NCBI GenBank assembly: GCA_963823335.1
Contig: CAWGLD010000003.1
Span: 1 to 64,000 of the forward strand
DNA length: 64,000 nucleotides
DNA from: an uncultured delta proteobacterium
GTDB lineage: Bacteria; Desulfobacterota; Desulfobacteria; Desulfobacterales; B30-G6
Direction of reading: 5' to 3'
Made by a program: the position numbers and the translations under genes
The notes under the pieces: model-generated
What the model was told of the DNA's origin: nothing
Database searches by the model: none
Seen by the model: only the letters and a program-made list of their open reading frames with translations
In this document: positions 43,886 through 54,548 of the stretch, in pieces
Position numbering within the stretch: position 1 is the stretch's first letter
How the letters are laid out: each line of letters begins with the position of its first letter

Positions 43886-44416
43886 ATGTTTGGAAAGACA
43901 CTTCGCTTTTTAGATAAGATATTGAGTTTTTTTGAGGACTGGACGCTATTTATTGCTGTGATGGTGGCGTTGGTGTCTCTATTTGTAAATGTTGTTTTGA
44001 GATATGGCTTTAACTATGCACTGGCATGGTCTGAAGAGTTGGTGCGGGAGGTAATCATCTACACAACGCTCATCGGATGTAGTGCAGCCATCAAACAACG
44101 TAAAATGATTAAAATAGATGCGTCGGTGCAATTACTCCCGAAATTAAAGGTGCCGTTGATGTTTTTCAGCAACCTTGTGACCATAATTTTTTCCATCATG
44201 ATCATCTATTACGGATGGTTAATGGTGTTGATGCAGATTCGTACAGATCAAAAAACCATTGTCATGCAGATTCCCCTTGCCTATTTGTATGTCATTTTGC
44301 CTGTAATGGGGATTTTAATGTTTATCCGCACAATTCAGATAATTTATGAGGATGTAAATACTTTAATAGAAGAAAAGCATCAGAAAACCCAACCGGCAGA
44401 GACCGCAACAAACTAG
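43886..44416 (+). CDS. dctQ: TRAP transporter small permease
   Basis: NVVLRY..WSEELVR and four TM segments. Confidence 0.9.
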   Translation: MFGKTLRFLDKILSFFEDWTLFIAVMVALVSLFVNVVLRYGFNYALAWSEELVREVIIYTTLIGCSAAIKQRKMIKIDASVQLLPKLKVPLMFFSNLVTIIFSIMIIYYGWLMVLMQIRTDQKTIVMQIPLAYLYVILPVMGILMFIRTIQIIYEDVNTLIEEKHQKTQPAETATN

Positions 44417-44441
44417 ACAACAATAAGATTGGAGAGATTTC

Positions 44442-45738
44442 ATGCAGTCGAGCGATGCTATCATTTTGCTAATTTTATTAGGTTGCATGGCAACCTATGT
44501 CCCCGTATTCATGTGTCTCTTTTTTACAGCCGTTTTGGGTTTTATCATCTTTACTGATCTGCCGTTGCTCCTCCTCGCACAAACCCTTTTCCGCTCCATG
44601 GATAATTTTGCTCTCGTGGTGGTTCTGTTTCTTCATTCTTTGCGGTAATATTATGACGGCCGGAAGTATCGTTGAAAAACTCATTAAGGTTGCCAATGCG
44701 CTGGTGAGCTGGCTGCCGGGTGGGTTGGGTATGGCCGGTGTCCTCGCCTGCGGGCTATTCGGCGCGATTTCCGGTTCGACAGTTGCCACCGTGGTTGCCC
44801 TGGGCGGGTTCATGATTCCCGCATTGATCAAACACGGCTACCCGGAAAAATACACCCTGGGTTTGATGACCACCTCGCCCAACCTGGGTGTCATCATCCC
44901 CCCCAGTATCGGGATGATTCTCTACAGCATGATCAGCAACGTATCCCTGGAGGGTCTTTTTCTGACCGGTTTTTTGCCGGGTATTCTGATTATGGCAGGT
45001 GTCTGTATCTATACCTATGTTATTTTTCGCAAGCGAACCGAAATCACAAGACTGCCGATTCCAAATTTTAGAGAAACCCTGGCCGTCTTAAAGGAGGGCT
45101 TCTGGTCTCTGATGCTGCCGGTCATTATTTTCGGCGGTATTTTTACGGGTGCTTTCACGGCCAATGAAGCGGCTGTTGTTGCCTGTGTCTATGCATTTAT
45201 TGTCGAGATATTTATCCACAAATCCATGAAATTGAACCAGGTCAAGGAGATTACGATTTCGTCGGCCGTAACATCGGCCACACTGTTGATCATTGTCGCG
45301 GGAGCCACCTGTTTCGGCCGATTGCTCACTCTGGAAAGTATTCCGGGACGGATTACCGAAACCGTTCTGTCCGCCATCCAGTCACCGATCCTGTTTTTGT
45401 TTGCCATGAACGTCATGCTTCTGCTCGTGGGAATGTTCATGGATATTATTTCGGCCACCATGATTCTGGGGCCGGTTTTCCTGCCTATGCTGGATGCGTT
45501 CAATATCAGCTGGATGCATTTCGGGCTGATCATGACCGTCAACCTGGCCATCGGGTATTGCACGCCTCCCATGGGAGTCAGCTTGTATATTACCGGTGCC
45601 ATGGCCAACCGAAATCTCATCTATGTTTCCAAAGCTGTGGTGCCTTTCATCGTTATCCAGATGATTGTACTGGGGATCATTACCTATATGCCCGACATGG
45701 TGCTCTGGCTGCCAAGATTTTTGGGGTATCTAGAATAA
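44442..45738 (+). CDS. dctM: TRAP transporter large permease with one frameshift at ~44628-44630
   Basis: Removing one T from TTT at 44628-44630 joins the two ORFs (VVLFFILCGNIM). GAISGS, IIPPSI and TPPMG motifs are present. Confidence 0.88.
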
Positions 45739-45791
45739 GCGCGTAAACGATCTTGTGAAAAGCGGCCATGCCGCTCTTGAACAACAAAAAG

Positions 45792-45827
45792 AACCTGATC
45801 AGACTGTAACGGTCTGATCAGGTTTTT
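45792..45827 (+). terminator. Rho-independent terminator after the TRAP operon
   Basis: AACCTGATCAGAC-tgtaacg-GTCTGATCAGGTTTTT. Confidence 0.75.
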
Positions 45828-45882
45828 AACTATAATGTAGTTACAAAATAGCTTGACAATCTTTTGAAATTACTGCTATATT
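45827..45882 (+). promoter_or_regulatory. Candidate sigma70 promoter with an upstream palindromic operator
   Basis: TAACTA-N5-TAGTTA at 45827-45843, TTGACA at 45853 and extended -10 TGcTATATT at 45874-45882. Confidence 0.5.
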
Positions 45883-45969
45883 TTTCATGTTTTTTCCGTG
45901 TTTGAAACAAATAAAATCTAAATAAAACAGTATGGTATAATCAATACAAGGATATCAGGAGGATAGTGA

Positions 45970-47133
45970 ATGGATTTTGAACTTTCAAAAGAATTGGAAA
46001 TGCTCAGGAAGGCCGTTCGGGAGTTTGCCACCAAAAAAATTGCACCCTTTGCCGACCAGTGGGATGCCGAACATTACTTCCCCTATGAGGAAGTCATGAA
46101 ACCCATGGGTGAGCTTGGTTTTTTCGGTACTGTGATTCCGGAGGAATATGATGGGGTCGACATGGGCTGGATGGCTGCTGCTGTGGTCACAGAGGAGATC
46201 GCCCGGGCGTCTAGTTCTCTGCGGGTCCAGGTCAATATGCAGACCCTGGGGTGTGCGTATACCATACTGACCTACGGCTCGGATGAAATCAAAGCCAAAT
46301 ACATTCCAAAGCTTGTGAGTGCGGACTACATCGGTGGTTTCGGAATTACCGAATCGGATGCAGGATCCGATGTCATGGCCATGACATCCACGGCCGAAGA
46401 CAAAGGGGATCACTGGTTGTTGAACGGTTCAAAAACCTGGATATCCAATGCAAATATAGCGGATGTCATTATCTACTATGCCTATACGGATGTGTCCAAA
46501 GGATCCAAGGGGTTGTCGGCCTTTGTTCTGGAAATGAAAAATTTTAACGGAGTTAAAACATCGGCACTGGATAAAATGGGTTCTCATTCATCTCCCACGG
46601 GAGAAGTCTTCCTGGACAACACACGGATTCCCAAAGAGAATATCCTGGGAAAACCAGGGGATGGGGCCAAAATCGTTTTCGGTTCATTGAATCAGACCCG
46701 AATGTCGGCGGCAGCGGGTGCCGTGGGCGTTTCCCAGGCCTTCCTGGATATTGCCACCAAATACTGCAACGAAAGAAAGCAGTTTGGAAAACCCATTGGG
46801 CAGTTCCAGATGAACCAGGACATGATCGCCCAGATGGCCACCGAGATTGATGCCGCACGCTTTCTGGTATACAGGGCAGCCTGGCGGAAAGACCAGGGTC
46901 ACTTGAACAATGGTCTCGATGTTGCCAAGGCCAAGTATTTTGCCGGGGAAGTGGTTACCAAATGTGCCAACTACGCCATGAAGATCCTGGGGGCATACGG
47001 CTATTCCACCGAATATCCGGTTGCTCGTTTTTACAAGGATACCCCCACGTATTTTATCGTGGAAGGCTCGGCCAATATCTGCAAGTGGATTATCGCCCTG
47101 GATCAACTCGGGTACCGGAAAGCCAACCGCTGA
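45970..47133 (+). CDS. acd: Glutaryl-CoA dehydrogenase, non-decarboxylating type
   Basis: Acyl-CoA dehydrogenase fold. From memory it closely resembles the Desulfococcus multivorans enzyme (MDF.LSKEL..HYFPYEE..VEGSANICK..RKANR). It is next to gcdA. Confidence 0.85.
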   Translation: MDFELSKELEMLRKAVREFATKKIAPFADQWDAEHYFPYEEVMKPMGELGFFGTVIPEEYDGVDMGWMAAAVVTEEIARASSSLRVQVNMQTLGCAYTILTYGSDEIKAKYIPKLVSADYIGGFGITESDAGSDVMAMTSTAEDKGDHWLLNGSKTWISNANIADVIIYYAYTDVSKGSKGLSAFVLEMKNFNGVKTSALDKMGSHSSPTGEVFLDNTRIPKENILGKPGDGAKIVFGSLNQTRMSAAAGAVGVSQAFLDIATKYCNERKQFGKPIGQFQMNQDMIAQMATEIDAARFLVYRAAWRKDQGHLNNGLDVAKAKYFAGEVVTKCANYAMKILGAYGYSTEYPVARFYKDTPTYFIVEGSANICKWIIALDQLGYRKANR

Positions 47134-47265
47134 TAGAATCGCCCCGCGCTTCTATTTGACGCGGCTTTGCCGCTGATTCTTATAATTTGGGTGTAGTAAA
47201 TATCGTGTTTTCGATTTTTCGTGTTTTCGTGATTAAAACAAGTGCGTTCTTTCAGGGGTACTGTT

Positions 47266-47658
47266 TTGGATAAAGATCTGATAGAGAAAACAAAGCAAAC
47301 AGCAGAACTGTATTTCAAGGGTGTCAAGGGTGAGCGGCCTTTTGAGTTATGGCGGGCTTTTGATAAAGATCTGGCAAAGGACCTTTCTTTGTTTATCACC
47401 GGCAGCATGTATGCCAGAGAGAAAATTCCCCACCAGACCAGGCAATTGGTGACGATTGCCGCTTTGACGGTGCTGCTCCGTCCCGAGGAGTTGAAACTGC
47501 ATATCGAAGCGGCGTTGAATGTGGGCTGCTCACCCGGCGATATCGCCGAGACCATATTTCAAACCCTGGTGTACGGTGGTGTTCCTGCTGCCAATGCAGC
47601 CTTGAAGGTTTTGCGAAATGTTCTGCAGGAAAAGGGGATGTGGCCGATTGAAGGATAA
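47266..47658 (+). CDS. Carboxymuconolactone decarboxylase (CMD/AhpD-fold) family protein
   Basis: TRQLVTIAAL..ELKLHIEAALNVG..YGGVPAA. The start is uncertain (TTG 47266 or GTG 47242). Confidence 0.8.
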   Translation: MDKDLIEKTKQTAELYFKGVKGERPFELWRAFDKDLAKDLSLFITGSMYAREKIPHQTRQLVTIAALTVLLRPEELKLHIEAALNVGCSPGDIAETIFQTLVYGGVPAANAALKVLRNVLQEKGMWPIEG

Positions 47659-47663
47659 CGATC

Positions 47664-47760
47664 GTTTTAGGTTTTAAGTTTTAGGTTTTTGGCAGACCAC
47701 TGGCTAAGAGCTTTTAGCAGTTTGACAACCTAACACCTAAAACTTAACACCTAAAACTTA
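47664..47760. repeat. Heptamer tandem repeats in inverted arrangement
   Basis: (GTTTTAG/A)x4 ... (CTAACAC/CTAAAAC/TTAACAC)x~5. Confidence 0.8.
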
Positions 47761-47838
47761 TTACAATATCAATTAAAAGAATAGAGAAAAGCAAAATTAA
47801 TCATATCGGAAAAATAAACCACCTAATGGAGTAGAATC

Positions 47839-49572
47839 ATGCGACCGTATTTTGAAAAAATGCCTGAGTTCGGAAAAGGGATCAGCCAGGGGCAGATTTT
47901 GAGCACCCAAGAGAATGTTGAAAAGATCAAGGCCGTGGAAGAGGGCATCGAAGTGGAAGTCGAAAAAGTTAAAAATGTGGGTTTCCCAGAGGAGAAAATC
48001 AATGCCAGGGGGCAGATGACTGTCTGGCAGAGACTTAAATATCTCGTGGACCCCGGGACATGGTGTCCTCTGCATACCCTGTACAATCCTGATGACAATG
48101 TCGAAGGATCGACGAATGTTTTTGATGGTCTGGGAAAAATCTCCGGCAAGTGGGCCGTCATCATCGGTTTTGACAACAAGCTTCTGGCCGGTGCATGGGT
48201 TCCGGGACAGTACGAAAATATTCTGCGGGTTACCAATCTGTCGAAGCGCTTGAACATCCCCCTGGTGTGGCTCGTCAACTGCAGCGGGGTCAAACTGACC
48301 GAGCAGGAAAAATTCTACGCAGATCGCAGGGGCGGGGGCACGACTTTTTTCAGGCATGCCGAGCTCGAGCAGATGGGAATTCCGATTCTCGCCGCCATTT
48401 ACGGAACGAATCCTGCGGGTGGCGGGTATCAGGGTATCAGCCCGACCATTCTTTTTGCCCACAAGAACTGTAATATCGCCGTGGGAGGGGGCGGCATTTT
48501 GAGCGGGATGTCACCCAAGGGCTTTTTTGACCTGGAGGGCGCCGAGCAGCTGATCAACACTGCCAAACAGTACAAGGCAACACCGCCCGGTTCCGTCAAG
48601 ATCCACTATGACGAGACCGGATTTTTCAGGTATGTCTACGAAGAGGAGACGGGTGTTCTGGACGGCTTGAAGGATTACATGAAGGACATGCCGGCCTATA
48701 ACCCTAAATTTTTTCGGGTGGCAGAGCCCAAGGAGCCCCGGTTCCCAGCTGAAGATCTGTATCGCCTGGTTCCGTTCAATCAGAAACAGATGTACAATTT
48801 TGACGAAGTCCTGGCACGTCTGGTGGACAACAGCGAGCATATGGAGTTCAAACCGGACTACGGTCCCGAAATCTATACGGGGATTGTCAAGATTGACGGA
48901 CTTCCTGTTGGATGCATCGGTAACCGGCAGGGGTTTCTGGGAATGGAATACCCTGAATATGCCGATTACCCCGGCATCGGTGGGAAACTCTACCGCCAGG
49001 GTCTGATCAAGATGAACGAGTTTGTCACCCTCTGCGGGAGAGACCGACTTCCGATTATATGGTTCCAGGACACATCGGGTATCGATGTGGGAGATATCGC
49101 TGAAAAAGCTGAATTGCTGGGTCTGGGACAAAGTCTCATTTACTCGATCCAGCAGACAGATGTTCCCCAGATTCTGATACTGCTACGAAAAGGAACTGCC
49201 GCAGCGCATTACGTGATGGGGGGGCCCACAGGCAACCGCCACAATGCTTTCACGCTGGGTATTGCTACCTCTGAAATATATGTCATGCATGGTGAGACCG
49301 CAGCAGCTGCCAGCTTTTCCCGGCGTCTGGTCAAGGAAAAGGATGCCGGCAGGGATCTTCAGCCCGTCATCGACAAAATGAACCAGATGGCTCAGGAGTA
49401 TCATGATTATTCCAGGCCCCTGTATTGTGCCCAGAAGGGATTCGTCGATGAGGTCGCCAGAATGACGGATATTCGTAAATATATGGTGGCATTCGCCGGT
49501 GCGGTCTATCAAAATCCAAAGTCAATCTGTCCACAGCACCAGATGCTGTTACCCAGGAGTATCAAAGGATGA
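47839..49572 (+). CDS. gcdA: Glutaconyl-CoA decarboxylase alpha (carboxyltransferase) subunit
   Basis: LAGAWVPGQ, NCSGVKL, GTNPAGGGY, QDTSGIDVG, AAAHYVMGGP and SICPQHQMLLPR; downstream of glutaryl-CoA dehydrogenase. Confidence 0.88.
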   Translation: MRPYFEKMPEFGKGISQGQILSTQENVEKIKAVEEGIEVEVEKVKNVGFPEEKINARGQMTVWQRLKYLVDPGTWCPLHTLYNPDDNVEGSTNVFDGLGKISGKWAVIIGFDNKLLAGAWVPGQYENILRVTNLSKRLNIPLVWLVNCSGVKLTEQEKFYADRRGGGTTFFRHAELEQMGIPILAAIYGTNPAGGGYQGISPTILFAHKNCNIAVGGGGILSGMSPKGFFDLEGAEQLINTAKQYKATPPGSVKIHYDETGFFRYVYEEETGVLDGLKDYMKDMPAYNPKFFRVAEPKEPRFPAEDLYRLVPFNQKQMYNFDEVLARLVDNSEHMEFKPDYGPEIYTGIVKIDGLPVGCIGNRQGFLGMEYPEYADYPGIGGKLYRQGLIKMNEFVTLCGRDRLPIIWFQDTSGIDVGDIAEKAELLGLGQSLIYSIQQTDVPQILILLRKGTAAAHYVMGGPTGNRHNAFTLGIATSEIYVMHGETAAAASFSRRLVKEKDAGRDLQPVIDKMNQMAQEYHDYSRPLYCAQKGFVDEVARMTDIRKYMVAFAGAVYQNPKSICPQHQMLLPRSIKG

Positions 49573-49736
49573 ACCGAAAAAGCGAGCGCATTCCCCGTAG
49601 GTTCTGCCGTTCGGCAGTGCTTCGCATCCTGCGGGGTTAGCGAGCGAATCTAAATTAGACAGAATTCCTTACGGTCGCTGCGAAGCACTGTCGCACGACA
49701 GAACATTCCTCGTAGCTTGCTGCGAGGTTCTTCAAT
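49569..49736. repeat. MITE-like palindromic repeat, long copy; overlaps the gcdA stop codon
   Basis: Shares both ends with 5341-5418. The internal module GTTCTGYCG..CGRCAGTGCTTCGCA occurs once forward and once inverted. Confidence 0.8.
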
Positions 49737-49803
49737 TTGCTCGTGCTTACGCACGGGGCATATTCATATGGCTTCTAATAAGAACGATCATGTGTCGTTC
49801 TGG

Positions 49804-49891
49804 AAAATCGTGCAACGATTTTAGCTTGATTTTTTCCCATGCTTGCAGCGTGGGAAAAAATCAAGTAAGAATAAGATCGTTACACGATTTT
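49804..49891. repeat. Long imperfect inverted repeat upstream of the glycogen operon
   Basis: AAAATCGTGCAACGATTTTA.CTTGATTTTTTCCCATGC pairs with GCGTGGGAAAAAATCAAG..TAAGATCGTTACACGATTTT. Confidence 0.7.
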
Positions 49892-49920
49892 TTTAATTTG
49901 GAAAACAGGTAGATTTAACC

Positions 49921-52900
49921 ATGTCGAATGACGTGAATATGACGTTAAAACCGGAACCCGGTAGCAAGCTGTTGCGCTATCGGGGAGATACGGTGACATT
50001 TACACTTACGTTGACCCGCCCCCTCAAAGGAACCGCGCTTCTCAGGACCAATCTTGGCCAGGGCAGCATTTCCCGCCAGCAAATAATTCTGTCTGTTGAA
50101 AAGAACCTGCCGGGTTTGGGACGCGACTGGTTTGACATTCCCATGACGGAAGTGACGCCGCAAGAGTTTAACCTACGGCTTCCTCTGATCGATATCGGTC
50201 ATTTTATGGCCAAGGTAATGTTTCTTCCGGAACATCGGCAGGACCCCATCTGGATTCCGGGCCCCAACATTACCATCAATGTGGAGCCGGCCGATACCTG
50301 CTGTGGAAATGTTATCTATAACGCATTTGTTAGACAGTTCGGACCCAACAAGGAGGGCGGGTTTTTCGAACAGAATCATAACGATGCTGTTCAGTTGCTG
50401 GACAAGGCCGGTTATGCCGTGATTCCACCTTCCGGTACCTTCAGGGATTTGATCCGGGAACTGGATTTTATCATCGGCCACCTGGGCTGCCGGTTTATTC
50501 AACTGCTTCCAATTCACCCGACACCTACGACCTATGGCAGGATGGGTCGCTTTGGTAGCCCCTATGCAGCCCTCAGTTTCACACAAGTGGATCCTTCTTT
50601 GGCGGAGTTCGACTCTGCGGCAACGCCCCTCGAGCAGTTTATCGAACTGGTACAGGCGATTCACGCCCGCAACGCCAAGCTGCTACTGGATATCGCCATC
50701 AACCATACCGGCTGGGCTGCATCTTTGCACGAAACGCATCCGGAATGGTTGGTGCGCAGTTCAAAGGGCGATATCGAAGTGCCAGGCGCGTGGGGTGTTC
50801 GATGGGAAGATCTCACCAAACTAAGCTATCAGCACAAGGATCTGTGGCGGTATATGGCCAATGTATTCCTGACCTGGTGCAACCGTGGGGCAGATGGCTT
50901 CCGATGTGATGCAGGGTATATGATACCTATTCCAGCCTGGCAGTACATCATAGCCGTGGTCCGGGAACAGTTTCCAGACACGATATTCTTCCTCGAAGGG
51001 CTGGGGGGCAAAATTGTTGTAACCCGTGAGCTTCTGGATGAAGCCAACTTCAACTGGGCCTATTCTGAGCTTTTCCAGAATTACGATGGACATAACATCG
51101 CCTTTCAAGTGTTGCAGGGCCGGGATATTTCAGAAAGAGAGGGTCTCATGGCCCACTATGCCGAAACACATGACAATCCGCGTCTGGCATCCAGGTCGCA
51201 TGTCTGGGCCAAAATGCGCACCGCACTGTGTGCACTCAGTTCTTTTCAGGGAGCTTTCGGTTTTGCCAATGGTGTCGAATGGTTTGCCACCGAAAAAATA
51301 GATGTACATGAATCGTCGTCTCTGAACTGGAACGCAGAAGATAATCAGGTGGATCACATTCATCGATTGAGTAAGATTTTGAAGAATCATCCGGCCTTTC
51401 ACGATCAAGTCCGCATCCTTGTCATGGATCATGCATCGGAAGATATTTTCATCTTGCTGCGGCATCACCAGCCCTCCGGAAAAAAACTGATGATCGTTGT
51501 CAATCTTAATGATAGCGAATCCAGAAGGACAGCATGGCAGGCAAATGAGAATTTTGGGCCGCCTGATTCATGGATGGATCTCATGACCGGGGAGAAAGTG
51601 ACCCCACAGATGGAAGGGCTCACAATCGGGATGGATCTGCTTCCAGGCCAGGTTCTCTGTATTACGGACGATCCAGATGACTGGTCTATGATTCAAAAAA
51701 ACACCAGGGAACAGTTCCAGGTTCCCGAACGGATTATCCGGCAACGTTTACGAGCAAAGGTGTTGGAGGTTTTCCAGGTGGCTAACGGGTTTGGAAAAAT
51801 AGGCGATCAGGATCTTGAAACGTCTGTCCTCAAGTTAGAGGCCGATCCTGTCGAGTTCTGTCGGGAGGCCAACACCCAAAGCCCTGAATCCCGCGTTATC
51901 CGATGGGTGTGGCCACGGGATGGCCGCCGGGAAGTCATGCTGCCACCGGGTCATTTTTTGCTGGTGGAATCACCGGATCCTTTTCAGGTGAAGGTTTCTC
52001 ACCAGCGTACAATCCTGCGCGCTGAAAAATCGATCATGTCGCCAAAAGGCTTTCACTGGGCACTGCTGAACCCTATAGCCACACCAGACGAACACCTGGA
52101 ACTGACGCTTCAATTATCGGTCTACACCGCCCATGGGTATCACCAGGAAGAAACGTGCCTGATGCTGTTGAGTGTTGAAATAGCGGTGATGGATCTATGT
52201 TATCCGAGGAAAACACTTGACGAGCCTTCACTGCGGACACTCGTGACCAACGACATGGGTTCTGCGAGCCTCCTGCCGGTTGCGTGGGGAAAGCTGAACA
52301 GCCGCTACGATGCAGCACTTTCCGCCAATGTCAATGCTGAAATTCCGGTGGACAGATGGATCATGTTCACGCGCTTGAGGGGATGGGTGGTGTATCAGGA
52401 TTATTCTCAAGCCCTGAACGGGGATTGCCTGGAAACGTTTAATCTTGATATGTCCTTGCAAGGGCAGTGGACCTTTTTTGTTCCAACAGGCCGTGGCACC
52501 CATGTGGTTATCAAGGTAAAAGCGGTTCTGGAGAGAAACAAGGATACGGTCCAGTTCGTGTTTGAGCGATGCCCGGCAATCCGGGAACAGGGGTGTCTAC
52601 CGGATATGGAGTTAATTGATATTATTTTGCGACCGGATATCGAAAACCGTTCATTTCATGCAAACACCAAGGCTTTCCAAGGACTTGAACACGTATGGCC
52701 GGCGGCTGTCACACCTGGTGAAGAGGGCTTTATTTTTCGTCCGGATGACCTGCATATCCTGGATATACACCAGGAAAAGGGTTCTTTTGTTTACGAGCCA
52801 GAATGGAATTACATGGAACTCCGGTCAGAGGATGCCTCCCGGGGTTTCGATGCGCACGGAGATCTTTTCAGCCCCGGTTATTTCAAGACCCAGATTAGAG

Positions 52901-54216
52901 GCGGCGGGATGACGCGTCTGCGGGCAACAGTGACGACTCCAGAGGCAGAACATACTACCCGCCACGCAGCGAAATCGTCGTCAGCAACGTGCCTCTCAGA
53001 CCAGGAAGGCATGGAGTTGGCCATGCCTGTCCAAAAGGTCTTGGAAACATCCCTTCGCCAGTTCATCGTACGCAGAGGCTCGCTGCATACGGTTATCGCG
53101 GGTTATCCCTGGTTTCTTGACTGGGGTCGGGATGCCATCATTGTTACACGCGCCTTGATCGAAGTGGGTGAAACCAACCTTGCCCGTCGTATCTTGAAAC
53201 TGTTTGGACAGTTCGAGGAGAATGGTACCCTGCCGAATATGCTTCATGGCACCCATACGTCCAATCGGGAAACATCGGACGCTCCGTTGTGGTTTATCAT
53301 AGCCTGCAAGGAATTGATCGAAAAGGAAAATGATCGCTCATGGCTTGGGGAGGCCTGTGGCCAAAGAACCATCCAGGACATCGTGCATGCCATCGCCAAT
53401 GCTTATATTCACGGCACCTCCAACGGTATCCAGATGGATACTGAAACCGGTTTGATTTACAGTCCTTCTCATTTTACATGGATGGATACCAACCATCCGG
53501 CCGGTACGCCACGGGAAGGATACCCCATTGAAATCCAGAGCTTATGGTACGGAGCTCTACGATTTTTGTGTACCGTCGAAAATCGTGATGGTCAATGGTC
53601 GGATTTGGCAGAGATGGTTCAGACGTCCATTGGCAAATATTTCTGGCTCGAGTCCGGATCTTACCTGTCCGATTGTCTGCATGCAGGGCAGGGGGTTCCG
53701 ATTCGGGAGGCAGAAGTGGATGACGCTTTGCGGCCCAACCAGGTTCTGGCGATTACCATGGGAGCCATCGTCCAGCCGGACAGGTGCCGAAGCCTGTTGG
53801 AAACATGTCAGGAACTGCTGGTCCCCGGAGCCATCCGCAGTCTGGCAGACCGTCCCGTGCTTCGTCCCCTGGAAATTGTCCATAAGGGGCGACATCTTTG
53901 TGATCCATACCAGCCTTACCGAGGCCGGTATGATGGAGACGAAGATACATCCAGAAAGCCTGCCTATCACAATGGAACTGCCTGGACATGGCTTTTCCCC
54001 TCCTTTTGTGAAGCCTGGGAGATGTCTTATGGTCCCGGGGCGCGCCAAACGGCCAAAGCCTGGATGCGCAGTGTGACCCGTCTGTTGCAGCAAGGTTGTG
54101 TCGGTCATGTACCCGAGATTTTGGATGGTGATTTGCCGCATCATCATTGTGGTTGCCCGGCCCAGGCATGGGGTGCCAGTGAAGCGTTGCGGGTGTGGTT
54201 AAAGCTGAACAAATAG
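49921..54216 (+). CDS. Bifunctional glycogen debranching enzyme (GH13 glucanotransferase-like + GH133 amylo-alpha-1,6-glucosidase)
   Basis: N-terminal GH13 motifs GFRCDAG, FLEG and ETHDN. C-terminal motifs IAGYPWFLDWGRD, TWMD, PREGYPIEIQ, LRPNQ, YHNG and QAW. Confidence 0.85.
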   Translation: MSNDVNMTLKPEPGSKLLRYRGDTVTFTLTLTRPLKGTALLRTNLGQGSISRQQIILSVEKNLPGLGRDWFDIPMTEVTPQEFNLRLPLIDIGHFMAKVMFLPEHRQDPIWIPGPNITINVEPADTCCGNVIYNAFVRQFGPNKEGGFFEQNHNDAVQLLDKAGYAVIPPSGTFRDLIRELDFIIGHLGCRFIQLLPIHPTPTTYGRMGRFGSPYAALSFTQVDPSLAEFDSAATPLEQFIELVQAIHARNAKLLLDIAINHTGWAASLHETHPEWLVRSSKGDIEVPGAWGVRWEDLTKLSYQHKDLWRYMANVFLTWCNRGADGFRCDAGYMIPIPAWQYIIAVVREQFPDTIFFLEGLGGKIVVTRELLDEANFNWAYSELFQNYDGHNIAFQVLQGRDISEREGLMAHYAETHDNPRLASRSHVWAKMRTALCALSSFQGAFGFANGVEWFATEKIDVHESSSLNWNAEDNQVDHIHRLSKILKNHPAFHDQVRILVMDHASEDIFILLRHHQPSGKKLMIVVNLNDSESRRTAWQANENFGPPDSWMDLMTGEKVTPQMEGLTIGMDLLPGQVLCITDDPDDWSMIQKNTREQFQVPERIIRQRLRAKVLEVFQVANGFGKIGDQDLETSVLKLEADPVEFCREANTQSPESRVIRWVWPRDGRREVMLPPGHFLLVESPDPFQVKVSHQRTILRAEKSIMSPKGFHWALLNPIATPDEHLELTLQLSVYTAHGYHQEETCLMLLSVEIAVMDLCYPRKTLDEPSLRTLVTNDMGSASLLPVAWGKLNSRYDAALSANVNAEIPVDRWIMFTRLRGWVVYQDYSQALNGDCLETFNLDMSLQGQWTFFVPTGRGTHVVIKVKAVLERNKDTVQFVFERCPAIREQGCLPDMELIDIILRPDIENRSFHANTKAFQGLEHVWPAAVTPGEEGFIFRPDDLHILDIHQEKGSFVYEPEWNYMELRSEDASRGFDAHGDLFSPGYFKTQIRGGGMTRLRATVTTPEAEHTTRHAAKSSSATCLSDQEGMELAMPVQKVLETSLRQFIVRRGSLHTVIAGYPWFLDWGRDAIIVTRALIEVGETNLARRILKLFGQFEENGTLPNMLHGTHTSNRETSDAPLWFIIACKELIEKENDRSWLGEACGQRTIQDIVHAIANAYIHGTSNGIQMDTETGLIYSPSHFTWMDTNHPAGTPREGYPIEIQSLWYGALRFLCTVENRDGQWSDLAEMVQTSIGKYFWLESGSYLSDCLHAGQGVPIREAEVDDALRPNQVLAITMGAIVQPDRCRSLLETCQELLVPGAIRSLADRPVLRPLEIVHKGRHLCDPYQPYRGRYDGDEDTSRKPAYHNGTAWTWLFPSFCEAWEMSYGPGARQTAKAWMRSVTRLLQQGCVGHVPEILDGDLPHHHCGCPAQAWGASEALRVWLKLNK

Positions 54217-54341
54217 GGTTCAAAGGTCCAAGGGTGATACAAGGGTTCGAGGGTGGCTGAAATTATCATAAGGGTTCAAGGGTCTAAGGGTGATACAAGG
54301 ATTCGAGGGTAGCTAACAGCTATCAGCGGACAGCAGCATCC
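54215..54341 (+). repeat. G-run-rich ~55-bp repeat, two units
   Basis: AGGGTTCAA(A/G)GGTC(C/T)AAGGGTGATACAAGG(G/A)TTCGAGGGT(G/A)GCT at 54215 and 54271; homologous to 57096-57255. Confidence 0.8.
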
Positions 54342-54548
54342 CAGCTTTCCAGCTTCATGGCATTACCTGTGTGTCACCTCTGACCTGAGTAAATAATAAT
54401 GATTTTATTGTAGGCTCATCCATAATATACTATATAGTATAGGAACGATCTATTGAACTACTTAAAACTTGGCACCTCAAACTTAAATCACCCGTAAAAA
54501 GATTGCTTTGGACTTTTTACGAGGTCACACAATACATAAGGACAATCC

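Noticed and set aside
44620-44640. Programmed frameshift in dctM
   Set aside because: No slippery heptamer or obvious stimulatory structure. A single extra T fits the indel errors seen elsewhere in the window.
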